Positions 28,215 through 38,462 are shown, numbered from the stretch's first letter. The stretch: 64,000 nt of DNA from Candidatus Muiribacteriota bacterium (GCA_051747805.1 JBNJGP010000001.1:5281-69280), one strand, 5' to 3'. The notes: generated by a model from the letters alone, not told the origin. Numbers and translations: made by a program.

Positions 28215-28352
28215 ATGAGACATTGTAATGAATGCGGAAATGAAATGCAGGAGTTTTTTGAATGGAAATTTGAATATGGATTAAAAAAGAAACAAATTGT
28301 TAAATGCGAAAATTGTGGGGAAAAAATCACAATGGGACTTGTTGAATTATAA
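28215..28352 (+). CDS. 45-aa zinc-ribbon miniprotein (CxxC-x21-CxxC), absent from the ORF track
   Basis: AGGAGG RBS 8 nt upstream of the ATG. MRHCNECGNEMQEFFEWKFEYGLKKKQIVKCENCGEKITMGLVEL. Ends 23 nt before the next gene's RBS. Confidence 0.45.
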   Translation: MRHCNECGNEMQEFFEWKFEYGLKKKQIVKCENCGEKITMGLVEL

Positions 28353-28375
28353 TTTTTTAAAAAAAAGGAGCTATT

Positions 28376-29605
28376 ATGGGAAAGAACAGATTTTTATTAA
28401 TTACTTTTATACTTTTATATATATATACGGGTTATGCTAATACTTTTAACCGGCTTGACGAGAGGATGAGTGGCTTTGAACTTATGTATGGTGTTGAGTC
28501 TTATGAGAATGAATTTGGGGATTTTCAAAATTATTTTAAACTTCAGTTTTTTCCGGAATTTCAAATTAGACCAGAGACCAGATTAGTGCTGGATCTATCA
28601 TTTATATATGATACAGATGGGAATATCTTGCTTGATCATTATTCTGGAAGTGGTGATATCCTTGAAAAAATACATTTTATTGAGCATGATGACGGGTTTA
28701 GAAATAAAATGAGAATAGGATATCTGGATAATGTTACATTTGGAAATGGTTCCATAATGAATAACTATACAAATATGGGACGTTTCCCGGAAGAAAGAAA
28801 GTTAACGGGACTTTATGCTAATTTTGAAAACTCTCATGATGACGGCTGGGAAGTGGTTTTTAATGATTTAAAAAAACTTTCAATGGCTGGTGTTAGAAAA
28901 TATATTGTTCCTCTTGATGATGTAGAAATCGGCGGCAGTTATTTTATAGACCGACGTCCTTCTGCTAGCAATAACGGTGACTCTGTTCGAGTTTATGGAC
29001 TTGATTATATAACCCCGGTTTATTTAGGGTTTTCAAGAAAAGTTTTTTTGTATCAGGATTTAACTAGAATAAAAGGAACAGGTTCATGTTATACAACTGG
29101 TGCAAAAATTGGCAACGGAGATGGCTTTGGGGCGCAGGTAGAGATTAAAAGTTATTCAGGAAATTTTATACCACATTATTTTGACTCCCTTTATGAAGTG
29201 GAAAAACAGAGGAAATATAATGAACTTAAGTCTGGACAGAATAATGGACGGGTCAGAAGTCTGAATGTTCAGACAAACTATAATATGGGGCGTCATTTAG
29301 AAGGGAAACTGTTGTATGAAATGTACGATGTTTCTGATATTAATCCTAAATTAGGTGTTCAACTTTCAATGGATGGTATGTTTCTTCCTGAAGGTTTGCA
29401 GTTTGAATGGACATATTTAAACAAAGATGCAGATTTTTCTAATATAAATCAAAATAAAAATTCAAAAGATGTATATATAAACACAAAGTTATCCTATAGG
29501 GCGCCTTTTGGTGTTGAGTTAGAGTTAAACAGAAAAAGAACGGTAAGCCAGAGTGGAAATGCTGAGTATGTTACATCATTCATGACTGGTTTCAGGTTTA
29601 GATGA
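28376..29605 (+). CDS. Secreted beta-strand-rich protein (outer-membrane beta-barrel-like), function unknown
   Basis: Signal peptide FLLITFILLYIYTGYA. Alternating hydrophobic pattern throughout. RBS AAGGAG. Confidence 0.5.
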   Translation: MGKNRFLLITFILLYIYTGYANTFNRLDERMSGFELMYGVESYENEFGDFQNYFKLQFFPEFQIRPETRLVLDLSFIYDTDGNILLDHYSGSGDILEKIHFIEHDDGFRNKMRIGYLDNVTFGNGSIMNNYTNMGRFPEERKLTGLYANFENSHDDGWEVVFNDLKKLSMAGVRKYIVPLDDVEIGGSYFIDRRPSASNNGDSVRVYGLDYITPVYLGFSRKVFLYQDLTRIKGTGSCYTTGAKIGNGDGFGAQVEIKSYSGNFIPHYFDSLYEVEKQRKYNELKSGQNNGRVRSLNVQTNYNMGRHLEGKLLYEMYDVSDINPKLGVQLSMDGMFLPEGLQFEWTYLNKDADFSNINQNKNSKDVYINTKLSYRAPFGVELELNRKRTVSQSGNAEYVTSFMTGFRFR

Positions 29606-29952
29606 GTTTGTTTTTAAGAAGTTTAAAAGTTTCCAGAAAAAATAATATACCGTTTATATTTTTTATAATTTCGTATAATCATTTAAAAAAGGTGTTAAAA
29701 AAAATACCGTTAAAATCTATTGATTCAATTATAAGTGAAGAAAATATTATTATTACTGTCGATAAAAAAATGAAAAAAAAAGGTTCTATTAAGGGGAATA
29801 AAATAAAAGTTAAATATGAAAAAAATAATTTAGAATATGAAGAGGTGCTTTTTCATGAATTGTTTCATTATTTTGAAAATAAATTTAATATACAGAAAAA
29901 TCAAATAATTTCAGAAACTGCGGCAAGAATTTTTTCAAGTCTATATTCATAA
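29602..29952 (+). CDS. Small protein with HExxH (HELFH) motif, possible minimal zinc metallopeptidase-like; translationally coupled to upstream gene
   Basis: EEVLFHELFHYFENKF. ATGA overlap with the upstream stop. Confidence 0.4.
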   Translation: MSLFLRSLKVSRKNNIPFIFFIISYNHLKKVLKKIPLKSIDSIISEENIIITVDKKMKKKGSIKGNKIKVKYEKNNLEYEEVLFHELFHYFENKFNIQKNQIISETAARIFSSLYS

Positions 29953-30025
29953 TAATGCTTAGAAACATAACGGGGTCTGTGCCGAGCCTGAATTTAAGCT
30001 TACAGAGGTCGGCCTGACCACTCGC
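29953..30025. repeat. Intergenic repeat element copy B (core module only, no 29-nt left module)
   Basis: cggggtctgtgccgagcctgaatttaagcttacagaggtcggcctgaccactc aligns to the cores of copies A and C (GGGG.C.TGTGCCGA ... AATT ... GAGGTCGGCCTGACCAC). Confidence 0.5.
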
Positions 30026-30097
30026 TTTATATTAAAATTTTTTGGACAGTATAAAAAGATTATGTTAAATTATAAAAAAGTTTCTGGAGGAAATTCA

Positions 30098-30625
30098 GTG
30101 TATAAAGTTTGTTATTATGGTAATCCAGTATTAAGAAAAGAAAGTAAGGATGTTGAGGTTAATGAAGAAAATCTTAAACTGGCCTATAAAATGCTTGAAG
30201 TAATGAAAAAATATAAAGGAATAGGTTTAGCTGCTCCTCAAATCGGAATATCAAAAAAAATTTTTGTTGCTCAGCTTGCCGAAGAAGAAGACCCATTAAT
30301 TATTTTTAATTTAAAAATACTTGAATATTCTGAAGAAAAAAATGTGATGGAAGAGGGGTGTCTTTCTCTCCCGGGAATATATGAACAGGTAACAAGACCT
30401 GAAAAAGTTAAAGTTAGTTTTCTTGATAAAGAGGGAAAAGAGCATATAAAGGTAGTTGATAAAGTTCTTGCCAGAGTATTTCAGCATGAGGGAGACCATT
30501 TATATGGAAAACTTTTTATAGATTATCTTTCTCTTATTAAAAAGAATTTATTAAAGAAGAAGTTAAATAAAATTAAAAAAGGTATTATTCCAGAAGAGTT
30601 TCTTCCGGAGGAAGACCTAAAATGA
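30098..30625 (+). CDS. def: Peptide deformylase
   Basis: GIGLAAPQIG, EGCLSLPG, HEGDHL(Y) are the three Def motifs. GTG at 30098 preceded by GGAGG fits the Def N-terminus better than the ORF-track ATG at 30062. Confidence 0.85.
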   Translation: MYKVCYYGNPVLRKESKDVEVNEENLKLAYKMLEVMKKYKGIGLAAPQIGISKKIFVAQLAEEEDPLIIFNLKILEYSEEKNVMEEGCLSLPGIYEQVTRPEKVKVSFLDKEGKEHIKVVDKVLARVFQHEGDHLYGKLFIDYLSLIKKNLLKKKLNKIKKGIIPEEFLPEEDLK

Positions 30626-31560
30626 AAATTGTTTTTATGGGAACGCCGGAATATTGTCTTCCCGCGCTCAGGTCAGTTTTTAAAAAACATGAGCTGGCAC
30701 TGATTGTAACTCAACCTGATAAAAAATCAAACCGCGGTCACAAGGTTCATTTTAATCCAGTTAAAAAATTTGCATGTAAAAATAATATTACCTGTGTTCA
30801 GCCGGAAAAAATAAAAAAAAATTCAGATTTAGTTAACACACTGAAAAAAATAGCTCCAGAGGTTATTCTTGTTATAGCTTATGGAAAAATACTCCCCTCA
30901 TCAATACTTAATATTCCATCTTGCGGGTGTGTAAATATTCATGGTTCTCTTCTGCCAGAGTTAAGAGGGGCGGCTCCAATACAGTATGCTATTATGAGAG
31001 GATATGAAAAAACCGGTGTAACCTCGATTTTAATGAACTCTAAAATGGATGAAGGTAATATGCTTGTGAAAAAGGAGTGTGAAGTAAAAAAAGATGATAA
31101 TGCCGGAACTCTTCACGATAGATTATCAATTCTTTCTGCCGATTGTGCGCTTGAAACTCTTGATAATATAGAGAAAAATACGGTTAACCCTCTGCCTCAG
31201 AATCATGCTATGGCAACCTATACAAAAATAATTAAAAAATCTGATGGAATAATAAACTGGGGAATGAACGCCAGAAACATTTATAATCATTTCAGGGCAA
31301 TGATACCCTGGCCCGGTGCTCAGACCTATATGAAGAAAAAGTATATTAAAATTTTAGATATGGAAATAATTAACAAAGACATTAAATATAAAGAGGCCGG
31401 AAAAATAATTAAAGCTGATAAAAATGGGCTGGAAGTAGCTTCCGGGGAGGGCTCCCTTATAATAAAAAAACTTCAGCTACCGGGAAAAAAACCTGCTGAG
31501 GCAGGTCTGCTTCTTAATGGATATAAATGGTTAGGAAAAGGAAATACGTTTGATTTTTGA
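30622..31560 (+). CDS. fmt: Methionyl-tRNA formyltransferase
   Basis: MKIVFMGTPEYCLPAL N-terminus, HGSLLP, formyltransferase core plus C-terminal domain. Overlaps the def stop, giving the classic def-fmt pair. Confidence 0.9.
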   Translation: MKIVFMGTPEYCLPALRSVFKKHELALIVTQPDKKSNRGHKVHFNPVKKFACKNNITCVQPEKIKKNSDLVNTLKKIAPEVILVIAYGKILPSSILNIPSCGCVNIHGSLLPELRGAAPIQYAIMRGYEKTGVTSILMNSKMDEGNMLVKKECEVKKDDNAGTLHDRLSILSADCALETLDNIEKNTVNPLPQNHAMATYTKIIKKSDGIINWGMNARNIYNHFRAMIPWPGAQTYMKKKYIKILDMEIINKDIKYKEAGKIIKADKNGLEVASGEGSLIIKKLQLPGKKPAEAGLLLNGYKWLGKGNTFDF

Positions 31561-31611
31561 CTTTATAAAAATATAGGTTTATAATTACCTACAAGAAAAT
31601 TAAGGAGGAAT

Positions 31612-31914
31612 ATGATGGGTTTAGATACTTTACAATTGATACTGCTTGTGGTTCATACACTTGTTGCGATTTCAATAATTGTTTTTGTTCTTATGCAGGC
31701 TGACAAAGGAGAAGGTTTATCAGGAGCTTTCGGTGGCGGAGCCGCTCAAACTATGTTTGGTGCAAAAGGAAGTCTTGATTTTTTTGGAAAGATGACAACA
31801 ATACTTGCGATAATCTTTATATTAACCTCAATAACTTTAACATATATATCAAGCAGAGATTATGGAACTTCGCCAAGTATTAATCCTAATGATGCTCAGC
31901 AGCAAGATGCTTAA
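31612..31914 (+). CDS. secG: Preprotein translocase subunit SecG
   Basis: Two TM helices with LMQADKGEGLSGAFGGGA between them. RBS AGGAGG. Confidence 0.85.
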   Translation: MMGLDTLQLILLVVHTLVAISIIVFVLMQADKGEGLSGAFGGGAAQTMFGAKGSLDFFGKMTTILAIIFILTSITLTYISSRDYGTSPSINPNDAQQQDA

Positions 31915-31935
31915 AAATAGTTAGAGGAGAAATAA

Positions 31936-34521
31936 ATGAAAAAATTTTTTTTATTGTTACTTATATTAGGTTTTTTTTTATCAGTTAATGCTTTTGAAGG
32001 GCAAGAGAAAATAGTTGAGCTTGAAAATGGATTAACTGTTGTTTTAAAAGAAACACATATAGTTCCAATGGTTTCAATGCAGGCCTGGGTAAGAGCAGGT
32101 TCTATTCATGAAGGAGATTTGTTTGGAACAGGTATAGCGCATTATTTTGAGCATATGCTTTTCAAAGGAACCAAAAGAAGAGGACCAGGTGAAATACCTC
32201 AGGAAATTCACAGGGCGGGTGGCTCAGATTTTAATGCTTATACAACTTTTGACAGAACCGTATATCATTTTACAATATTAAATGAATATACTGATACTGG
32301 TCTTGATGTGCTGGCAGATATGTTCAGGAACTCGGTTTTTGATGAAGAAGAGGCCAATAAAGAATCAAAAGTTATTTTAAAAGAAATTAATCAGTCGGTA
32401 GATGAGCCCGATTCAAACCTTTACTGGCGTCTTATGAAGACAGCTTATCAGAAACATCCATTTAGAAATCCAATATTAGGATATGAAGAACTGTTTAAAA
32501 CGCTTGAGCGTGAGGATGTTGACAAGTTTTATAAAACTTTTTATTCTCCCTCAAATGTTGTTCTTTCATTAGTTGGAAGTTTTCAAATGGACGAAATGGT
32601 AGATAAAGTTAGACATTATTTTGGTGACTGGGAAAGACAGATTGTACCACCTTCTGTAATTCCTGAAGAGTCAAAACAGAATAATTTCAGGTTTGTTGAG
32701 TATGAAGATGATGTAAATAACTCAAGACTTTTTATGGGATATCAGAGTGTTGATATGTATGATGATGATGCCTATGCTCTTGACTGTCTTGGCTCAATAT
32801 TGGGCTCAGGCAACACATCAAGATTATATAAAAGACTTGTTGAAGAGGATAGAATTGCTCATACAGCTGTTGCAGGTTCATGGACACCAAAATATCCTGG
32901 AATCTTTCAGGTAAGAGCAACTTTTGATGTTGAAAATTATACAAAAGTACGTTTTGCAATTCAGGATGAAATAAATCGTTTCAAATATGAAAAAGTAACA
33001 TCTGAGGAACTTGAAAGAGTTAAAAACAATGTACTTTCAGCAACTGTTTATAACAGAGAAACTATTAGTCAGCAGGCAGACGGTCTTGCCTACAGCTATT
33101 TTTATACAGGAACCCTTAACTCCGATCAGCGTTATATTGATGGAATTAACAGAGTTACTGCTGAAGATATTAAGAGAGTTGCTCAGAAGTATCTTAATAT
33201 GAATAATTTATCTATGATTCATATGAAACCACAGACTGAAAAAACTGAAATTAAAAGAGAAAAGACTAAAACAGCCCATCCAGATGTTGAGCTTAAAAAG
33301 CTTGATAATGGTATTAAAGTTATTTTAATGGAAGATTCAAAACTTCCAATGGTTTCTGTAAACGCCGGTTTTTTTGGAGGACTTATTGTTGAGGATGAAG
33401 AGAAACACGGTATAAGTAAACTCGCAACCTCATTGTTAACAGAAGGGACAAAATCATACTCTAAAGAAGAAATTCGTGATATTGTAACTCAAACAGGCTC
33501 CTCAATAAATGCCAGCTCTGGAAATAATTCAATGTTTGTTTCTGCCAAAACTTTAACAGATAATCTTGATAAAATATGGGATGTTTATACAAGTATTATT
33601 TCAGAAAGTAAATTCAGCGATGAGGATTTTGGGCTTGTTAGAGATAGGGCGCTTGCTACAATAAGGCAGAATAAGGAAGATATTAATCACATTAATAATA
33701 TTCTTTCCCGCTCAAAAACTTTTGACAACCATCCTTATAGATTTGATCAGCAAGGAACCGTTGACAGTATTTCCGCGATTAGTGCTGATGATGTAAGGGA
33801 GTTTATTTCAACACATATTGTACCTGATAATATGACTATTGCCGTAGTGGGTGATTTTAGAAGCGAAGATATGTTTAAAAGAATTAACAGCACACTTGGA
33901 AGAATGCCTGACACCGGTTATGAACTGAAAGAAATACCCAAACCCTCATCTATAATAGGTCAGAATAAGTATGTTGAACATATGCCCGAAAGAAGACAGA
34001 GTATTGTCAGAATGTCATTCAGGGGAGTTGATTTTAATAATGATGACAAATATGTTCTTTCTGTAATAAGTAATATTTTAAGCGGATTAGGAAGCAGACT
34101 GTTTGAGAATCTAAGAAGCAAACATTCTCTTGCCTACAGTGTTTATGCTTATCCGTGGAATGGAATAAATACCGGAGCTTTTATTTTCTATATTGCAACT
34201 ATACCCGAAAAAAGAGATTTTGCTCTGGAACTTATGAAAGAAGAAATAGAGAAACTTCAGAATGAGCCTGTTTCTTCGCTTGAGCTTGAAAGGGCAATTA
34301 ATCGTTTAATTGGACAGGATTCATCTGATATACAGGAAACATTGGGCATGGCGCAAAGTTTTGTTCTTGATGAAATGTACGGAATTGGCTATCAGGAAAC
34401 TTTTGAATTTGCCGAAAAAATCAGACAAATATCAAAAGAAGATATTATGCGTGTGGCAAATAAGTATTTTGATTTGAATAATTATGTGATTGGGGTTGTA
34501 GAACCACCAGGAAACAAGTAA
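31936..34521 (+). CDS. Secreted tandem M16 (pitrilysin-family) zinc peptidase
   Basis: Signal peptide. Inverted zincin HxxEH motif HYFEHMLFKGT. Two M16 active/inactive-type module pairs, ~861 aa. Confidence 0.85.
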   Translation: MKKFFLLLLILGFFLSVNAFEGQEKIVELENGLTVVLKETHIVPMVSMQAWVRAGSIHEGDLFGTGIAHYFEHMLFKGTKRRGPGEIPQEIHRAGGSDFNAYTTFDRTVYHFTILNEYTDTGLDVLADMFRNSVFDEEEANKESKVILKEINQSVDEPDSNLYWRLMKTAYQKHPFRNPILGYEELFKTLEREDVDKFYKTFYSPSNVVLSLVGSFQMDEMVDKVRHYFGDWERQIVPPSVIPEESKQNNFRFVEYEDDVNNSRLFMGYQSVDMYDDDAYALDCLGSILGSGNTSRLYKRLVEEDRIAHTAVAGSWTPKYPGIFQVRATFDVENYTKVRFAIQDEINRFKYEKVTSEELERVKNNVLSATVYNRETISQQADGLAYSYFYTGTLNSDQRYIDGINRVTAEDIKRVAQKYLNMNNLSMIHMKPQTEKTEIKREKTKTAHPDVELKKLDNGIKVILMEDSKLPMVSVNAGFFGGLIVEDEEKHGISKLATSLLTEGTKSYSKEEIRDIVTQTGSSINASSGNNSMFVSAKTLTDNLDKIWDVYTSIISESKFSDEDFGLVRDRALATIRQNKEDINHINNILSRSKTFDNHPYRFDQQGTVDSISAISADDVREFISTHIVPDNMTIAVVGDFRSEDMFKRINSTLGRMPDTGYELKEIPKPSSIIGQNKYVEHMPERRQSIVRMSFRGVDFNNDDKYVLSVISNILSGLGSRLFENLRSKHSLAYSVYAYPWNGINTGAFIFYIATIPEKRDFALELMKEEIEKLQNEPVSSLELERAINRLIGQDSSDIQETLGMAQSFVLDEMYGIGYQETFEFAEKIRQISKEDIMRVANKYFDLNNYVIGVVEPPGNK

Positions 34522-34564
34522 TCTGAAACTGATAAATAAGATAGTAGTTTAATAAAAATAAAAA

Positions 34565-34592
34565 GGGCAGACGGAAAGTCTGCTCTTTTTTT
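34565..34592 (+). terminator. Rho-independent terminator after the M16 peptidase gene
   Basis: GGGCAGACggaaaGTCTGCTC followed by TTTTTTT. Confidence 0.65.
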
Positions 34593-34678
34593 AAATTGAA
34601 TTGCATGGTTTTTTGCAACATTTCTTAAAAAAATGTGGTAACCTGACAAATAAAGGACTGATTGATAGAGGATATTAT

Positions 34679-35983
34679 ATGAAATACTACGTTGATATAG
34701 AAAAAAGACTTCAAAATTCAAATGATTATTCCTTATGTGACGAGGTTATTCCTGAAAGGGTTTATTATCCAGATAATGCAGGGGAAGTTTCGGAAATAAT
34801 TAAACAGGCCTTAAAAGAGGATAAAAAAATTTCGCCCAGAGGTGGCGGCTCTGGTGTTAATGGTGGCTGTATTCCTCAAAACAAACAGGACTGGGTTATT
34901 AATACCGGGGATATGAATAATTATGAAATTTTTGCAACAGATTTTATGGCCTGGGCAGAGCCCGGTGTAATAACACTTGACTTTCAGAATGCCTGTGAAA
35001 AAAAGGGGTTTTGTTTTCCGCCGGATCCTTCAAGTGCAGATATTTCTACAATAGGGGGAAATATTGCATGCGGTGCAGGTGGAATGAGAGGATTTAAATA
35101 TGGAACTATAAGGGATTATGTACTTCAAATTGAATTTGTGGACGGTCTTGGCAACATACACCTAACAGGCACAGAAACTTTAAAACGTTCGGCCGGCTAT
35201 AATCTAACAAATCTGCTGGTTGGGGCAGAGGGAACTCTTGGAATAGTAACTGGAGCACTTTTAAAGCTTATACCGCTACCTGAATATAAAAAATCTGTTT
35301 TTCTTCAGTTTACTGATTATCAGAAAATGCTTGATTTTTTTCTTCAAATCATGAATTCCGGGATTGTTCCTTCAAATGCAGAACTCATGGATACAAATAC
35401 TTTAAAGGTTGTTAATAAGAATTTAAAAGAAGTTGAGCTCACTCAAAAATGTGCATTATTAATTGAAGTTGATGGTGCCTCCAAGGATTATGTGGATTAT
35501 CAGTTTAATTCAATTGTTTCAAAAGCCTCAAAAAACCAGGTTATATTTGGTGAGAAGCTTGAAAAAATATGGGAAGAGAGAAAAAAGCTTAGAATTAATT
35601 TAGAAAAAATCAAACCTAATGTTTTTAGCGAGGATTTTGTATTAAAATACTCAAAAATCCCAGGGTTTCTTACGTTTTCAGAGCAGTTGTGTAACAGAAA
35701 AGGCGTTTTTTTCTGTAATTTTGGACATATAATTGATGGAAATATTCATTTTTCTGTAGTTTATGATTCAAAAGAAGAAAAAGATAAGGTTGAAAGTATA
35801 ATTCATGAGCTTGCAGAATATGTAATCCAAAATAAGGGAACTATATCAGGAGAGCATGGGATAGGAAAATATAAAACCGACTTGCTTCAAAGAGAAATTG
35901 GAAATCAGGGAATTTTTTTTAAAAAGATAAAAGAAATTTTTGATCCATTAAAAATTCTTAATCCGGGAAAAATTATTAAATGA
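34679..35983 (+). CDS. FAD-linked oxidase (GlcD / D-lactate dehydrogenase family)
   Basis: FAD-binding PCMH region SPRGGGSGVNGG. GlcD-like C-terminal domain (GTISGEHGIG). The ATG at 34679 follows the terminator and a GAGGA RBS; the ORF-track start at 34601 lies inside the terminator. Confidence 0.8.
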   Translation: MKYYVDIEKRLQNSNDYSLCDEVIPERVYYPDNAGEVSEIIKQALKEDKKISPRGGGSGVNGGCIPQNKQDWVINTGDMNNYEIFATDFMAWAEPGVITLDFQNACEKKGFCFPPDPSSADISTIGGNIACGAGGMRGFKYGTIRDYVLQIEFVDGLGNIHLTGTETLKRSAGYNLTNLLVGAEGTLGIVTGALLKLIPLPEYKKSVFLQFTDYQKMLDFFLQIMNSGIVPSNAELMDTNTLKVVNKNLKEVELTQKCALLIEVDGASKDYVDYQFNSIVSKASKNQVIFGEKLEKIWEERKKLRINLEKIKPNVFSEDFVLKYSKIPGFLTFSEQLCNRKGVFFCNFGHIIDGNIHFSVVYDSKEEKDKVESIIHELAEYVIQNKGTISGEHGIGKYKTDLLQREIGNQGIFFKKIKEIFDPLKILNPGKIIK

Positions 35984-37290
35984 AAAAAAATTGTTTAATA
36001 ATAATATTTTTATTACTAAGCTTATCATTATATTCTGTAGAAATTTCAATATTTTTTACAAATGATACTCATGGTAGAATATTACCAGAAAAACTGCTGC
36101 GCAATTTATATCAAAGTGAAAATTATACAATAGGTGGAGCGGCATATCTGGCAAATGCTAAAAAGAAATATCAGAAAGAGGCCCCTTTAAATTTTTTAAT
36201 GGATGCCGGAGATATTTTTGAGGGAGCATATATTACAGATAAATTTCTTGGAAAACCGCAAGTTGAAATAATGAATCAAATGGGGGTGGATGTTTTTATA
36301 CCCGGAAATCATGATTTTGCTTTTGGGCTGGATAAACTTATTGAATATACAGAAGCCTCCTCTTTTAAAACAGTTTGCACTAATCTTGTAAATAAAAATT
36401 ATGACCATATCTTTAAACCATATTTAATACTTAAAAAAGAAAATATAAAAATTGGAGTACTTGCTTTCTTAACAATGAGTACACCGCGGTCTGATAACTA
36501 TACGGTAATTAATCCCTATGAAATTGCTTCTTACTGGAAAAATAAACTTGAAAAAAAGGGGGTTGATTTAATAGTTTTTTTAAATCATATGGGTTTTGAT
36601 GAAGATAAAAAAATGGCTGCTCGTTTTTCGCCTGATATTATTATAAGCAGTCACTCCCATATTAAGCTGGATAAACCTTATTATATCGGAGATACATTAA
36701 TAGCACAGGCTGGAGCTTATTATAGAAATCTTGGACACATAAAACTTGAGTTTGAAAAAAATAACCTTAAAAACAGAGAATATAAAGTTTATGATATAAA
36801 TTCACAAAAATACTCAAAAGATAAGGAAATACAAAAAATTATTGATAAATACGCGCAGGAAGTTAACCCAAAGATGCAGGAGCTTATTGGAATATTACCA
36901 GAAAATTTTAAAAGAAATGGCGGTGTAAATTCAAAATTGTATAAATTTTTATCAAATGCTTTAATAAAGGAAAAAAAAGTGGATATCGCTCATTTAAACA
37001 CAACGGGAATCAGGGCAGATTTAAAAAAAGGGGAAGTTTTAAGAAGGGATGTATATAATGTGCTTCCTTTTGGCAACAGGGCGGTTGTTGCCAAAATAAA
37101 AGGGGAAAATCTGACTGAAGATAATTATATTCACGTTCCTTTCAAATTAGAAAACAAAAAAATATATAAAGTTCTTACAAATTCGTTTATTGCCGGATTA
37201 TCACATTCATTTAAAAATTCTTGCGAAAAAGAAGTTCTTGATGAAGAAGTAAGAGAAATTATTGTGAATTATATTAGAAAAAACTATTAA
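35980..37290 (+). CDS. Secreted 5'-nucleotidase/UDP-sugar hydrolase family metallophosphoesterase
   Basis: Signal peptide. Calcineurin-like motifs DTHG, DAGD, GNHDF, then C-terminal 5'-nucleotidase domain. Confidence 0.7.
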   Translation: MKKNCLIIIFLLLSLSLYSVEISIFFTNDTHGRILPEKLLRNLYQSENYTIGGAAYLANAKKKYQKEAPLNFLMDAGDIFEGAYITDKFLGKPQVEIMNQMGVDVFIPGNHDFAFGLDKLIEYTEASSFKTVCTNLVNKNYDHIFKPYLILKKENIKIGVLAFLTMSTPRSDNYTVINPYEIASYWKNKLEKKGVDLIVFLNHMGFDEDKKMAARFSPDIIISSHSHIKLDKPYYIGDTLIAQAGAYYRNLGHIKLEFEKNNLKNREYKVYDINSQKYSKDKEIQKIIDKYAQEVNPKMQELIGILPENFKRNGGVNSKLYKFLSNALIKEKKVDIAHLNTTGIRADLKKGEVLRRDVYNVLPFGNRAVVAKIKGENLTEDNYIHVPFKLENKKIYKVLTNSFIAGLSHSFKNSCEKEVLDEEVREIIVNYIRKNY

Positions 37291-37640
37291 TTTTTTTCTT
37301 TTATATCATTATTCTCATTAAGAAGAACAATTTTTGGTTTATGTTTTAAAAGGTCGGCGGGTTTAACAAGACTATAGGAAACAATAATTATAATATCGCC
37401 TTTGGTACCAAGTCTGGCTGCAGCTCCATTTAAACCTATAGTTTTGCTGCCTGCCGGAGCCTCGATAGCATAAGTTTCAAACCTTTGCCCATTGGTAATA
37501 TTGTAAATATGGACTTTTTCATTTGGAAGAATATCGGCTGCCGCTAGAAGCTCAGTATCAACTGCGCAACTTCCTTCATAAGTTAAATCACATTCAGTAA
37601 CTCTTGCTCTATGAATTTTTCCACTTAGCATAAATTTCAT
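37287..37640 (-). CDS. panD: Aspartate 1-decarboxylase
   Basis: MKFMLSGKIHRARVTECDLTYEGSC. The G-S self-cleavage site in YEGSCA is typical of PanD. 117 aa. Confidence 0.9.
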   Translation of the reverse strand: MKFMLSGKIHRARVTECDLTYEGSCAVDTELLAAADILPNEKVHIYNITNGQRFETYAIEAPAGSKTIGLNGAAARLGTKGDIIIIVSYSLVKPADLLKHKPKIVLLNENNDIKEKN

Positions 37641-37644
37641 ACTT

Positions 37645-38403
37645 TTATTTTACCTCAAACCATAATTTTTTAACTTTTATATTATTGTTGAATCTATAAA
37701 AGCTGAACTGATTATAAATATTAATCAGTTCATCTACTGTATAGTCTAAATTCTTATTATTGTCAACTATAGAAGATAATTTATTAAAAAAAGAAGAAAC
37801 AAGAGAATAATACTCCTGAAGAGAATAATCATCAGCGTTATTTTTAAGAGATTTTATATAGAATTCAATATCATCCTCTCTGCTTGAATAATATTCCGCG
37901 ACTCCTTCTAAATCATTATCATTTAAAAGTGTGGAAAATTCCTTCATTAAATGGGTTTCAACATTATAGAAAGTATCGCCAAATATTGTTTCAAACTCAA
38001 CCTGTGCGTATTGAAGCTGTTTTTTAGCATCTGAAAAGTTTTTATTTGTAAATTGAGTAACACCCTGTCCAATAAAATCACTTATTGAACTGATTTTACG
38101 GAGCCAGTTCTTATCAACTTCAGCTGGAACGGCAATATCATCCTCTTCTTCTGTAACTTCAATCCAAGCTTCATAATGATAATATAAATCCATCCACTTA
38201 GTAAGAAGCGCCCGAAACTCACGTGAAGAGTGTGCTCCGAAGTTTTCAAGAAGTTCTTCAAAATGAATATCTATTTCATCTATCATTTTATCAAATTTCT
38301 GCCGGACTTCTTCGGGCGAGGTATTAACAAGGTCATAAACCGGGCAGGTTAAAATAACAAAAGAAAAACATAATATAAAAAGGCAAATTGTGATTTTTTT
38401 CAT
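37645..38403 (-). CDS. Hypothetical exported alpha-helical protein
   Basis: Signal peptide ITICLFILCFSFVILTCPV. No motif recognised. Confidence 0.5.
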   Translation of the reverse strand: MKKITICLFILCFSFVILTCPVYDLVNTSPEEVRQKFDKMIDEIDIHFEELLENFGAHSSREFRALLTKWMDLYYHYEAWIEVTEEEDDIAVPAEVDKNWLRKISSISDFIGQGVTQFTNKNFSDAKKQLQYAQVEFETIFGDTFYNVETHLMKEFSTLLNDNDLEGVAEYYSSREDDIEFYIKSLKNNADDYSLQEYYSLVSSFFNKLSSIVDNNKNLDYTVDELINIYNQFSFYRFNNNIKVKKLWFEVK

Positions 38404-38462
38404 TTAATATCCTCCTGATATATTACATTATAACATAAAAATATGTTTCATAAAAAACTTGA

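Noticed and set aside
34593-34678. Possible sigma-54 promoter (cATGGttttttGCAac) upstream of the FAD oxidase
   Set aside because: The spacing between GG and GC is 6 nt instead of the required 10, so it does not fit the -24/-12 geometry.
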